Source: Saprospiraceae bacterium (GTDB lineage: Bacteria > Bacteroidota > Bacteroidia > Chitinophagales > Saprospiraceae). Taken from it: a stretch of DNA of 64,000 nt. Position numbers and translations under genes: made by a program. This document shows, piece after piece, positions 10,592 to 19,439 of the stretch (its first letter is position 1; the number at the start of each line of letters is the position of its first letter). Where the stretch lies: positions 681,801-745,800 of the forward strand of contig DATGWZ010000023.1 of the NCBI GenBank assembly GCA_035299145.1. Direction: 5' to 3'. The notes under the pieces were generated by a model. That model was not told the origin of the DNA. It did no database searches and saw only the letters and a program-made list of their open reading frames with translations.

Positions 10592-11014
10592 CTAACCGCC
10601 TACTTTATTCAAAGGCTCTTTCTGAACCAACGACTTGAGCTTTTGGCCAGACATACTACATGTTACATTAAAGATTGCGCCAGTCTGTACCATGATTTTG
10701 TCTGTTACTATATCACCATTGACAATTCCAGTTTCCTTAACACTGAGTAATTCTTTGACAGAAATATTTCCTGTAAATGAGCCCTCTATAATTGCATTTA
10801 TACATGTGATATCTCCTTCTACTTTACCTTGTGGTCCTATGATGACACGACCTTTACAGTCTAATTTACCTATAAGAGACCCGTCTATTCTAATGTCGTT
10901 AGAAGCAACAATTTCTCCAATAATGTTTGTACCTTCAACAATACTATTACTGACATTAGTAGATGGTTGCGAGCCATTAGAGACATTTTGTTTTTCACTT
11001 TTATTTCCAAACAT
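10592..11014 (-). CDS. bactofilin (polymer-forming cytoskeletal protein)
   Basis: Repetitive beta-helix pattern: IRIDGSLIGKLDCKGRVIIGPQGKVEGDITC...FTGNISV. Confidence 0.8.
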   Translation of the reverse strand: MFGNKSEKQNVSNGSQPSTNVSNSIVEGTNIIGEIVASNDIRIDGSLIGKLDCKGRVIIGPQGKVEGDITCINAIIEGSFTGNISVKELLSVKETGIVNGDIVTDKIMVQTGAIFNVTCSMSGQKLKSLVQKEPLNKVGG

Positions 11015-11273
11015 TACTTTACTGTTTTTATGTCCGATTATTGGGGATAATCACGTATTAAAAAATTTACCTGAATATGATATGTTTTGCCTGGAAGGTT
11101 ACTATAATTATACCTAAAATATGATGAACACATTAATTATACTACAAAAAGATAAATAGAAGCCCGTTTTAATTTCCATTAAAGATGGTCTAATTATACT
11201 TTATCAATCTTATTTAAACGCCAGTGTATATTAAAATCAAATCTTAAGTTATGCTATTTGTTGTGTAAAAGAT

Positions 11274-12320
11274 TTAGAATCGTGGACAGTAAACACCTCT
11301 ACTTTCAGGACCACAAATATTGTAAATCAAAGAAAACTCAAATGCTCCGTTTGCAGGTGATGCTTGACGAAGACCTGAAACGTTGATATCATAACTAAAT
11401 CCAATACCAAATTGCTCATAATTAAATCTACTTGAAAGGATGACTGCATCTGAGTGAAGACCACCTTCTACTTTGTTACCTACTCTGTACCATGCACCTA
11501 CCTCAAAAGATTGATTTGTGGTTCTTGATGGTCCCATAGCAAATCTGAAGTTTGTACCAGCATTTAATGATCTGTGTGGACCCTGAGCCATATAAACTCC
11601 GAAAGGCAACATAGATATTTTTCTTGCTATCTCAAACTGTAATCCAGCATGAAGGGTATATCTGCTATATAAATTAACATCATCTCCCAAGAAAGTTACA
11701 TTAGGTCTGTTTAAATGGTGTAAAGCAGCACCAAAATACCAATTGGTATTATTGTCTATAATGCTAAACCATAACAATCCCGCAGAAATATCTGCATATA
11801 AAAAATCAAAGTCGGTAAAATTTGGCTCGTTGTTTGACAAAGTTTTGTCAAATCCTTCTGAAGTAATTTGCGAAGGCCATCTTAGATCGGTATCACTTAT
11901 ACTTCTAGATGACAAGCCAGCATCAGCACCAATTACCAAATAACTTGCTTTCTTTCTATATCCAGCCATTTTTTTGCTATATGACAAAGAAACTCTACCC
12001 TGAGTAGTACCAAATCTAGACTCTCCTGCTACATCACCCCAAAGTGATCCACCAATACCGAAATAATCTTCTCTTCCTACGGGAATTTTCTGGTCATAAG
12101 ACACAGAGTAGGTATTGTAGGCATTTGCTGTCAAAACTGCAGCCCATTGATTCCTATAATTTGCCACCATCCTGGTCTTACAATTCATTACTCCTGTCAA
12201 AGCTGGATTTAGATTCAGCGGTGACATATAAAACTGAGTAAAGTGGATATCTTGCGCATTTAATGCAAGCGAAGATAACAACAATAAGACAACACTAATC
12301 TTTGAAACTAACCTGTTCAT
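11274..12320 (-). CDS. PorP/SprF family type IX secretion system membrane protein
   Basis: Signal peptide followed by the family-defining AQDIHFTQFYMSPLNLNPALTG N-terminus. About 350 aa of beta-barrel-like sequence ending in F. Confidence 0.85.
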   Translation of the reverse strand: MNRLVSKISVVLLLLSSLALNAQDIHFTQFYMSPLNLNPALTGVMNCKTRMVANYRNQWAAVLTANAYNTYSVSYDQKIPVGREDYFGIGGSLWGDVAGESRFGTTQGRVSLSYSKKMAGYRKKASYLVIGADAGLSSRSISDTDLRWPSQITSEGFDKTLSNNEPNFTDFDFLYADISAGLLWFSIIDNNTNWYFGAALHHLNRPNVTFLGDDVNLYSRYTLHAGLQFEIARKISMLPFGVYMAQGPHRSLNAGTNFRFAMGPSRTTNQSFEVGAWYRVGNKVEGGLHSDAVILSSRFNYEQFGIGFSYDINVSGLRQASPANGAFEFSLIYNICGPESRGVYCPRF

Positions 12321-12453
12321 ATTAAATTTTTAATTAAATTGTGCTTTAAAAAGCTGCATTTATATTGCAAATGGAAGGTTAAAAATAGATATAAATTTTA
12401 AACCAACGTACAAACTAAAGAAAAAAAATTAATTTTTCTTCAATTTTTAATAT

Positions 12454-13545
12454 TTAGATTGACACTCGCTTACTCTTTCCTCCATACTTATCTATCAAGA
12501 TATTATCGTATTTATCGCTTGTATGAAGTAGATGTGTAAATAATGTAAAAACCGTCTCTACATTAATAAATTGGTCATATATCAACAATGACAAAATAAT
12601 GTCGTTATTCCTGATAGAAAAGGTGAGACCATCTAAAATATAATTCTGTTTTAATAAGAATTCATATATTACTGAAACATTATTTTCAGGCAACTCACAC
12701 ATATAAACATCACCTACTAATAAACCCGTTTTCTCATAATATGAGATACAGACATCAATACTGCCTTTTTTGATACACCAATTGTTAGGACCCTTCCTTG
12801 TAAGTGAAACATCGTACCCTAAACGGCCAATTAATGATTCGACAGTAATGCAAATACCATTCGGTTCATATGCTTTTATGTCCGATATTTTTCGAATTCC
12901 TACGCCACATAAAGAACAATTACTTTTCGGGTTATCTTCTACCTCAAAACTTATCTTTTTACATGATGTACACCGAACTCCTTTCAGACCTTTCCCTTCT
13001 TTATATTCTTTAATACAAGAAGAAAGAAGAAAACTAGGCAATGCATGACCTACATTTTTTTCTTTATGAATATTAAAAGTATTAATCCCAATAATCATGC
13101 CATCAGGTCCAATTAACGGACCTCCATTATTGACAGGATTCAAGGTGATATCGTGTAATATATAGTGGATATCGTCATTTAGATATTGAATGTCAAATAT
13201 TTTACCTTTTGTTACATTTTTGTTTTGAACTTCAATCACCATCACTTCGTCACCTTTTTTGATGACATCTAAATTGGACAACTCAATAGAAGGCATCTCA
13301 TGTGCTGAAGGTGGACTTATGAATGCAATATCATTAATCGTATCTAAATGTGCCACGGCTACCATTTGTTTCTCGAATGTAGCACCTGATATGACCACTT
13401 GTTTGTTGCCACGTACTACATGTTCATTCGTTATAATAATGTCAAATGATTTTAAATAAAATCCTGTACCCGTGCTGTATGGTGTTGCGATCTGTACGAT
13501 AATGTCAGCGCAATTATTTATAAAATGCATATTGTTAAAATTCAT
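12454..13545 (-). CDS. trypsin-fold (S1C/HtrA-like) domain protein with a substituted nucleophile, a zinc ribbon and a YbjN-like C-terminal domain
   Basis: His box GTGFYL...IITNEHVV and Asp box NDIAFI are present. The serine box GNSGGPL reads VNNGGPL; I re-translated this from the DNA at 13101-13139. Then CTSCKK...CSLCG, then a YbjN-like tail. Confidence 0.7.
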   Translation of the reverse strand: MNFNNMHFINNCADIIVQIATPYSTGTGFYLKSFDIIITNEHVVRGNKQVVISGATFEKQMVAVAHLDTINDIAFISPPSAHEMPSIELSNLDVIKKGDEVMVIEVQNKNVTKGKIFDIQYLNDDIHYILHDITLNPVNNGGPLIGPDGMIIGINTFNIHKEKNVGHALPSFLLSSCIKEYKEGKGLKGVRCTSCKKISFEVEDNPKSNCSLCGVGIRKISDIKAYEPNGICITVESLIGRLGYDVSLTRKGPNNWCIKKGSIDVCISYYEKTGLLVGDVYMCELPENNVSVIYEFLLKQNYILDGLTFSIRNNDIILSLLIYDQFINVETVFTLFTHLLHTSDKYDNILIDKYGGKSKRVSI

Positions 13546-13548
13546 AGC

Positions 13549-14865
13549 TTAAACATGATAAGTTGTTTTTTGAATCATAACAAAAAAGCTTTTATAAAAT
13601 TGGCAAGTTTTGCTGAAATCTAGTGTCTTCAATGGGATAGATAGATTAGGAAATTCAATTTGGTGTGTTGTTACAATGTTTTTAAGTGCAATTAAGATAG
13701 CTTTTTTATCCAAATGATCATCTCTTAAAAACTGCTGTTGATAACCTAACTCAACAAAAAAACCTGACTCTACGATACGGTAATATAATTGTAATAAATC
13801 TTTGGATGGTGCAGGTAGTGAATAAGAATAAAGTGAGAATCCTGCTAAATAGCCACATATAGCTTGCGCATATGCTTCATATCCTTGTTCAGCATACCAA
13901 TCAAAATCATCCATTTGCGCCTCTATAATATCAGCTAATCGTTGATGTCCTTCTGGCATAGAAGTACCGAAGGTAGAATTGACTTCATAGAGTTCTTTTC
14001 TAAATGTTTCGTAAGACATCTCATCTAGTTCTTTTATTCGAGCATAAATGATCTCGTTTTTGTTGTGGACATTTGTAATATTATCTTTAAAATATAGATC
14101 ATGACAATCTTTTATGCATTCCATTATCGTACCTTCCGGCTTCAGAAGGTAATCTATTTTGTATAACAGGTTCAGTAAAAAGTAAGATAGTCCGCCAGGA
14201 TATTGTATTTTGTCAAGATTGTTACTTTCGACTTCTATCACTACAGATTTAATCCAATTTTTAAAATACTTAAACTTCAGCTTTTTTTCTGATTCATCGA
14301 TTTTGCGAATATGGTCATAATCTACGGGGAAAACATCATCAAATTTTGCCATTAAAACATCATCCTTTCTGTCTGCTTCTGTAGCTAATTCTTTGAGTGC
14401 TTGATATATTTTGTGTGGTGAACCATCTTCTACAAAGGTATCAAAGACGAGACAAATACAGCTTTCATCATTGATAGCGTATTTTGTATATTTGAGATTG
14501 AAGTTTTCTTCTAGAAGTTGTTCCATAAGTTCAATATTTGGAACTTCGTATCTTACGATTCTTGCTTCAGCTTTAAATTGGGTAAAATTGGCTTCTCCAT
14601 TTATAATTTTCGAACCTTGATAAATTTTAAATACAATTTTGCCAGGGAGAAGCGTGTATGAAACATTTTTTTGCTCACCATGTGTCAAAAACTGCAAAAA
14701 CTCCTTGTATGATAAAATATATTTTTCATTATCAAAATATTCGATCGCTTTATCCCAATTTTTATACTTCTCTTCTTCTTTATAGGAGTCGGTATATCGA
14801 CCAAACTGAATGTCAGGATCTTTTAAATTTCCATTACGATTGAATATTTTCGAAAAAAAACTCAT
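13549..14865 (-). CDS. hypothetical 438-aa protein, operon partner of the pseudoprotease
   Basis: Stop lies 3 nt from the start of the downstream gene. No signal peptide. No recognised catalytic motifs. Confidence 0.55.
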   Translation of the reverse strand: MSFFSKIFNRNGNLKDPDIQFGRYTDSYKEEEKYKNWDKAIEYFDNEKYILSYKEFLQFLTHGEQKNVSYTLLPGKIVFKIYQGSKIINGEANFTQFKAEARIVRYEVPNIELMEQLLEENFNLKYTKYAINDESCICLVFDTFVEDGSPHKIYQALKELATEADRKDDVLMAKFDDVFPVDYDHIRKIDESEKKLKFKYFKNWIKSVVIEVESNNLDKIQYPGGLSYFLLNLLYKIDYLLKPEGTIMECIKDCHDLYFKDNITNVHNKNEIIYARIKELDEMSYETFRKELYEVNSTFGTSMPEGHQRLADIIEAQMDDFDWYAEQGYEAYAQAICGYLAGFSLYSYSLPAPSKDLLQLYYRIVESGFFVELGYQQQFLRDDHLDKKAILIALKNIVTTHQIEFPNLSIPLKTLDFSKTCQFYKSFFVMIQKTTYHV

Positions 14866-14895
14866 TTTTACATTTTGGTTTTACAACAAGACATC

Positions 14896-15873
14896 ATGGA
14901 TTTCCGAACAGCATTACAGATTGCGCCTACATCTATTCAGATTTCACATCAAGATAGCATCTTGTTGCTAGGGTCTTGTTTCTCACAGAACATCGGCGAG
15001 AGATTGCAAAAATATAAATTTAATTGTATTTCTAATCCTTTTGGTACAATCTTCAATCCGATATCTATTTCCAAACTTGTGGGTTATGCTTGCAAAAATC
15101 AGCCTGTAACTGAAGATGAACTCAAATTTTCACAAGGAGTGTATGTTCATCCTGACTTTCACAGTATCCTTTCTGATGTAAATGCGAACTTCGCTTTGGC
15201 AAAAGTAAATCACGCCATTGAATCTACACACCATTATATAAAGAAGTGTACACACCTTTTCATCACGTTAGGAACTGCCATAGCTTACAAAATGAATACT
15301 ACAGGTCAAATAGTAGCAAACTGTCACAAGTTACCTGCATCATACTTTCAGAAAGTAGATGTTAGTATAAATGATGGTCAAGAAGCACTAGAAAAAATGA
15401 TCAATGAAATAAAAGAATTTAATCCCAATGTGCACATCGTTTTTACAGCAAGTCCTGTGAGACATATCAAAGATGGTATCATAGAAAACACCAAAAGTAA
15501 GGCTAGATTACTGTGCATGATAGACGAAATAAATCGACATGATGAAGGTGTAAGTTATTTTCCAGCATATGATATTATGATGGATGATCTACGGGATTAT
15601 AGATTTTATGAAGCGGATATGATCCACCCAAATGCAGTCGCTATTGATTATATTTGGGAAAAGTTTAGTGGTCACTATTTCGCCAATGAAACTTTATCGC
15701 TGAATAAACAAATTCATAAAATACAATTGGCTAGCCTTCATTGTCCTTTTAATCCACAGAGTGAACAACATCAATCATTCATAAGACAGACATTATCTGA
15801 AATCGATGCTATCAAAGATAGGTATGAATGGTTGGATTTTGATTTGGAAATGAAAATGTTGAATCGATCGTAA
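14896..15873 (+). CDS. GSCFA domain protein
   Basis: LLLGSCFSQNIG, the family-naming GSCFA motif. I prefer the ATG at 14896 over the TTG at 14875 used in the ORF track. Confidence 0.8.
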   Translation: MDFRTALQIAPTSIQISHQDSILLLGSCFSQNIGERLQKYKFNCISNPFGTIFNPISISKLVGYACKNQPVTEDELKFSQGVYVHPDFHSILSDVNANFALAKVNHAIESTHHYIKKCTHLFITLGTAIAYKMNTTGQIVANCHKLPASYFQKVDVSINDGQEALEKMINEIKEFNPNVHIVFTASPVRHIKDGIIENTKSKARLLCMIDEINRHDEGVSYFPAYDIMMDDLRDYRFYEADMIHPNAVAIDYIWEKFSGHYFANETLSLNKQIHKIQLASLHCPFNPQSEQHQSFIRQTLSEIDAIKDRYEWLDFDLEMKMLNRS

Positions 15874-15892
15874 AATAAATAATGATCAATAA

Positions 15893-17047
15893 TCATATCA
15901 ACCTATTCACTTCCCCATTATTTCCTACATGGACCAATCCAGGTGTTTTCCCTACTTCTATACTTCCCAATCTATCATCGTAGCCCAAAGCTTGAGCGCC
16001 ATTGATCGTAGCCCACTGAATGAGTGTTTCTAATGGTACATACGAAGCATATTTTCTGATGGTCTTGACTTCTTCCCATATTGACAGTTGCCAGTTGGAT
16101 GTGAGACTATCCGTACCTAATGTTACCTTGGCGTTCGTGTCTAAGAAAACAGCATAATCGGGCATTCTATTTTCGATATAAAGATTTGCATTGGGACAAC
16201 TCGCCCAGAATACCTGATCATTCCACGTTTTTGCAGCAAGTACATCTTCTCTAGATGTGAGTGTGTTGTGCACAAAAATCGTCTTGAATTTTGGTTTAAG
16301 ATGTTGGATAGCATAGTGAATTGAAGTCCGTCCTGATGGTTTAAAATGGTCTAAAGAAAATCCAAACCCATCATAAAAATCTTTGAATCCACCCGTGCCT
16401 TTCTGAAACAACTCATCTTCAGCAGATGTCTCTTGATTATGAATGCTTATGGTTTGTCCTACTTGATTATGTTCATTTACAAAACTAAATAAATCTGGAC
16501 TTACTGTATATGGCGCATGTGGCACATAACTCTTGCGATTAAAATTAGCATCACTTTGACCAGCCATGACTTCCTGGTATTGGGCAATAGTGGCGGCGGT
16601 CATTGTAGGTTGTAGGAAATCAAACATCTCAATGAAAGAATAGTAATCTAACTTGCTTCGGTTTTTCGTAAGCGCGGTATCTGTTTTATTGGAAATGTCT
16701 CCTACAGCGACGATGCCATTTTTGTACATTTCTTCATCACCGTCTTGGATAGCTTGCAGTATCGTATCTTGATCGATATCTCTGAATCCTACTACTTTTT
16801 TTAAAAAAGGAAGTAAACCAGTACCTGTATCTACTTTGCCTTTCATGTGAGACAATTCGAGATGGCAATGTGTATTGACAAAACCAGCACAAATCATTCC
16901 ATCAAGTATTTGTACAGATGCAGCATCGTGGTCTGACAAGGAATCAATCGCTAGGATTTTACCTTTTTCATCTGTCACAATGACTTGATCAGAAAGCACT
17001 GGTCCTATAGATGTATATATCTTGTCTGCTGTAAATTTAAGGGTCAT
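15893..17047 (-). CDS. amidohydrolase family protein (chlorohydrolase/deaminase-like)
   Basis: NTHCHLELSH metal-binding HxH motif, a later HN and GTDS. Confidence 0.8.
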   Translation of the reverse strand: MTLKFTADKIYTSIGPVLSDQVIVTDEKGKILAIDSLSDHDAASVQILDGMICAGFVNTHCHLELSHMKGKVDTGTGLLPFLKKVVGFRDIDQDTILQAIQDGDEEMYKNGIVAVGDISNKTDTALTKNRSKLDYYSFIEMFDFLQPTMTAATIAQYQEVMAGQSDANFNRKSYVPHAPYTVSPDLFSFVNEHNQVGQTISIHNQETSAEDELFQKGTGGFKDFYDGFGFSLDHFKPSGRTSIHYAIQHLKPKFKTIFVHNTLTSREDVLAAKTWNDQVFWASCPNANLYIENRMPDYAVFLDTNAKVTLGTDSLTSNWQLSIWEEVKTIRKYASYVPLETLIQWATINGAQALGYDDRLGSIEVGKTPGLVHVGNNGEVNRLI

Positions 17048-17077
17048 CAGATATTACTTTTTTGATGCAATATTAGT

Positions 17078-18184
17078 TTAAAATTCTTTAATGATAAGAC
17101 CGTTTTTTATTCTTGGTTCAAACCATGTACTTTTGGGTGGTAATACATCACCTGCGTCACTTATTTTTATCATGTCATCTTTGGAAACGGGATATAGACA
17201 AAAACCTACATAGTCATTGCTTTTTCTTAGTTTTTCTTCCATCTTTTCTAGACCAGATACACCTTCGACATACATGACATCTGTGGCAGTTTTTATATCT
17301 TTGATGTTAACCACTTCTTTTAGAATATGATTATTAAATAAGTCTACATCGAGCAAGACTTCATTATTTCTAGACGACTTGAGTAGTTTTTTCTTCCATG
17401 TCAATGAAAACCATTCTTGATCAAGGATCATGGTCATTTGATGTTTTTTGTGAGGTTTGGCATGTTTGTTTATGGGTTTTATATCTACAAAGTGAGAGAT
17501 TTTTGCCATAAAGTTCAATTTGCTCATTTTTCCAGAAAGGTCTATGACTCTATTATAATCAAGGATTTCTAACTCTTTGAATGGAAAAAACACACATAAA
17601 AGTCCAGGATGCACGATATTGTCATCATGGAGATAATTTTTTCTAACCAATTTTGCCGTTATGGATGCTCTATGATGACCATCTGCAATATAAGAAGTAT
17701 GAACTTGCTGTTTGAAGAGTTCTTGAAGTCTTTCTATTTCACTTGGTTTTGATACTGCCCAAATGGTATGTTGCTCCTGATTTAAAGGCAATTCGATATC
17801 AAAAAATGGTTGATTATTTGTTACATATTTTTCTATGAAACTATCTATTTCTACTTTGTTTTCATAAGCTAATAACACAGGTTTGATCATGGCCTTTCTG
17901 GACAGCATCAATTGTAACATGGATTGTTCTTTATCCGTTAGGGTGTTTTCATGACCAAGAATCTTTTTATTTTCAATGTCTTCAATATCATTGCTAGCTA
18001 TGATGCCAGTAAATGTTTTGGAACCCTGAATTCTATAAATAAAAAGCGCCTTTTCAAGATGCGATGCAAAAAAACCTGAATGTCTAAAATTGACAAACTC
18101 AGCGCTCACGGTATCAAAAAATGATTCCGGAGAAGCAATCAGATCCGTATTGGGATATGATGCTTTGAATGGATAGATATTCAT
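17078..18184 (-). CDS. DUF1015 domain protein
   Basis: ADGHHR motif, and length and overall pattern typical of DUF1015. Confidence 0.75.
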   Translation of the reverse strand: MNIYPFKASYPNTDLIASPESFFDTVSAEFVNFRHSGFFASHLEKALFIYRIQGSKTFTGIIASNDIEDIENKKILGHENTLTDKEQSMLQLMLSRKAMIKPVLLAYENKVEIDSFIEKYVTNNQPFFDIELPLNQEQHTIWAVSKPSEIERLQELFKQQVHTSYIADGHHRASITAKLVRKNYLHDDNIVHPGLLCVFFPFKELEILDYNRVIDLSGKMSKLNFMAKISHFVDIKPINKHAKPHKKHQMTMILDQEWFSLTWKKKLLKSSRNNEVLLDVDLFNNHILKEVVNIKDIKTATDVMYVEGVSGLEKMEEKLRKSNDYVGFCLYPVSKDDMIKISDAGDVLPPKSTWFEPRIKNGLIIKEF

Positions 18185-18247
18185 TGCGAAAATGTTTGGT
18201 TAGGTGGGACGAAGATAGGCTATTTAGCGCAATTTTTACAAAAAAAA

Positions 18248-19225
18248 TTACACTGCTGCTGCTCTTCTTAATCTGTCATTGATAGCAATACCCAGATCTG
18301 TTTCAGGCAATAGTTCTGCATAAATGACATCTACTTCACAGCCATCTAAATATCTCATGCCAGCAAAAAGATTGTGCGCAGCATCTGCAAAGTTTCCAGA
18401 TGGTGACAGTACAACTTGGTGCTTGGATGGTATGTGTTGTACAAAATTTCTAAATGTAATGACACCTGTTCGTTCGGGATGAGATGTTGCGGACAACTTA
18501 TGTACATCTCCCAATATTAATGGTACCCTAGGTGCATAGTGGCTAGTGAGCATTCCAGGAGCTTCAGGATTGGAAGTAGAGATGTCACGGATTTTAACAT
18601 TACCTACCACGGATTCTATACTTTCTATAGACAAACCGCCTTTTCTTAGGACTTCTATTTCACCGTCTGTATTCATGCCTATGATCGTGCTTTCAAGTCC
18701 GACATTACATGCTCCACCATCGAGAATGTAATATATTTTGTTACCCAACTGATCTGCTACGTGCTGAGCGGTAGTGGGACTTATATATCCAAAAGGATTT
18801 GCACTTGGAGCTGCGAGTGGAAAATCGAGCTTTTCCAATAAAGCTTTGGTCACCGGATGTGCAGGTATTCTCACAGCAACAAAAGGAGATCCAGAAGTAA
18901 CGATATCTGGTACAATTTCTTTTTTACGAAGCAAAAATGTAAGTGGCCCCGGTGTAAATTTATCTGCCAACTCCCTGAAGATATTTGGTATTTCTTCCAC
19001 ATATTTTTCCACTTTGTCAAAAGATGATAAATGGATAATCAATGGGTCGAAAGTAGGTCGTTGTTTTATTTGAAATACTTTGGCTACAGCCTTGGTATCT
19101 AGTGCGTTTGCTGCTAGTCCATACACGGTTTCTGTGGGTATAGCTACTGCTTCACCTTTTTTTAATAGCGTTGCTGCTATATCTATATTATGGCCTATAA
19201 ATGATGATTCTGTCATAAGGGACAA
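18248..19225 (-). CDS. tsaC: L-threonylcarbamoyladenylate synthase, long Sua5/YwlC form
   Basis: PTETVYGLAANA...RPTFDPLI...SANPFG...ESTIIG motifs plus a C-terminal Sua5 domain. Confidence 0.9.
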   Translation of the reverse strand: MSLMTESSFIGHNIDIAATLLKKGEAVAIPTETVYGLAANALDTKAVAKVFQIKQRPTFDPLIIHLSSFDKVEKYVEEIPNIFRELADKFTPGPLTFLLRKKEIVPDIVTSGSPFVAVRIPAHPVTKALLEKLDFPLAAPSANPFGYISPTTAQHVADQLGNKIYYILDGGACNVGLESTIIGMNTDGEIEVLRKGGLSIESIESVVGNVKIRDISTSNPEAPGMLTSHYAPRVPLILGDVHKLSATSHPERTGVITFRNFVQHIPSKHQVVLSPSGNFADAAHNLFAGMRYLDGCEVDVIYAELLPETDLGIAINDRLRRAAAV

Positions 19226-19439
19226 AATTATAGTAATTCTATCAAATGTACTAATATTCAGATAAAAAAGAGAATATATATATAATGTTTTTTAAATGTA
19301 ATTGTTTTTTGACGAGATTTGTATTTCATAAATAAACTTTTGCTTGACTAAATGGTCTAACAGATTTATATAAAGAATGTCACTCTTTTGTGAACTTGTA
19401 CATATCCTTATTTCTTTATCAGAATGAAATCTTTCAAGT

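Noticed and set aside
10635-11117. 160-aa plus-strand ORF
   Set aside because: It is antisense to the bactofilin gene, has low-complexity hydrophobic composition and has no independent start context. The same reasoning applies to the other antisense ORFs in the track, e.g. 2205..2423, 4057..4287, 4310..4504, 5553..5822, 8085..8375, 18546..19265, 25504..25785, 36826..37269, 40100..40987 and 58672..59090.
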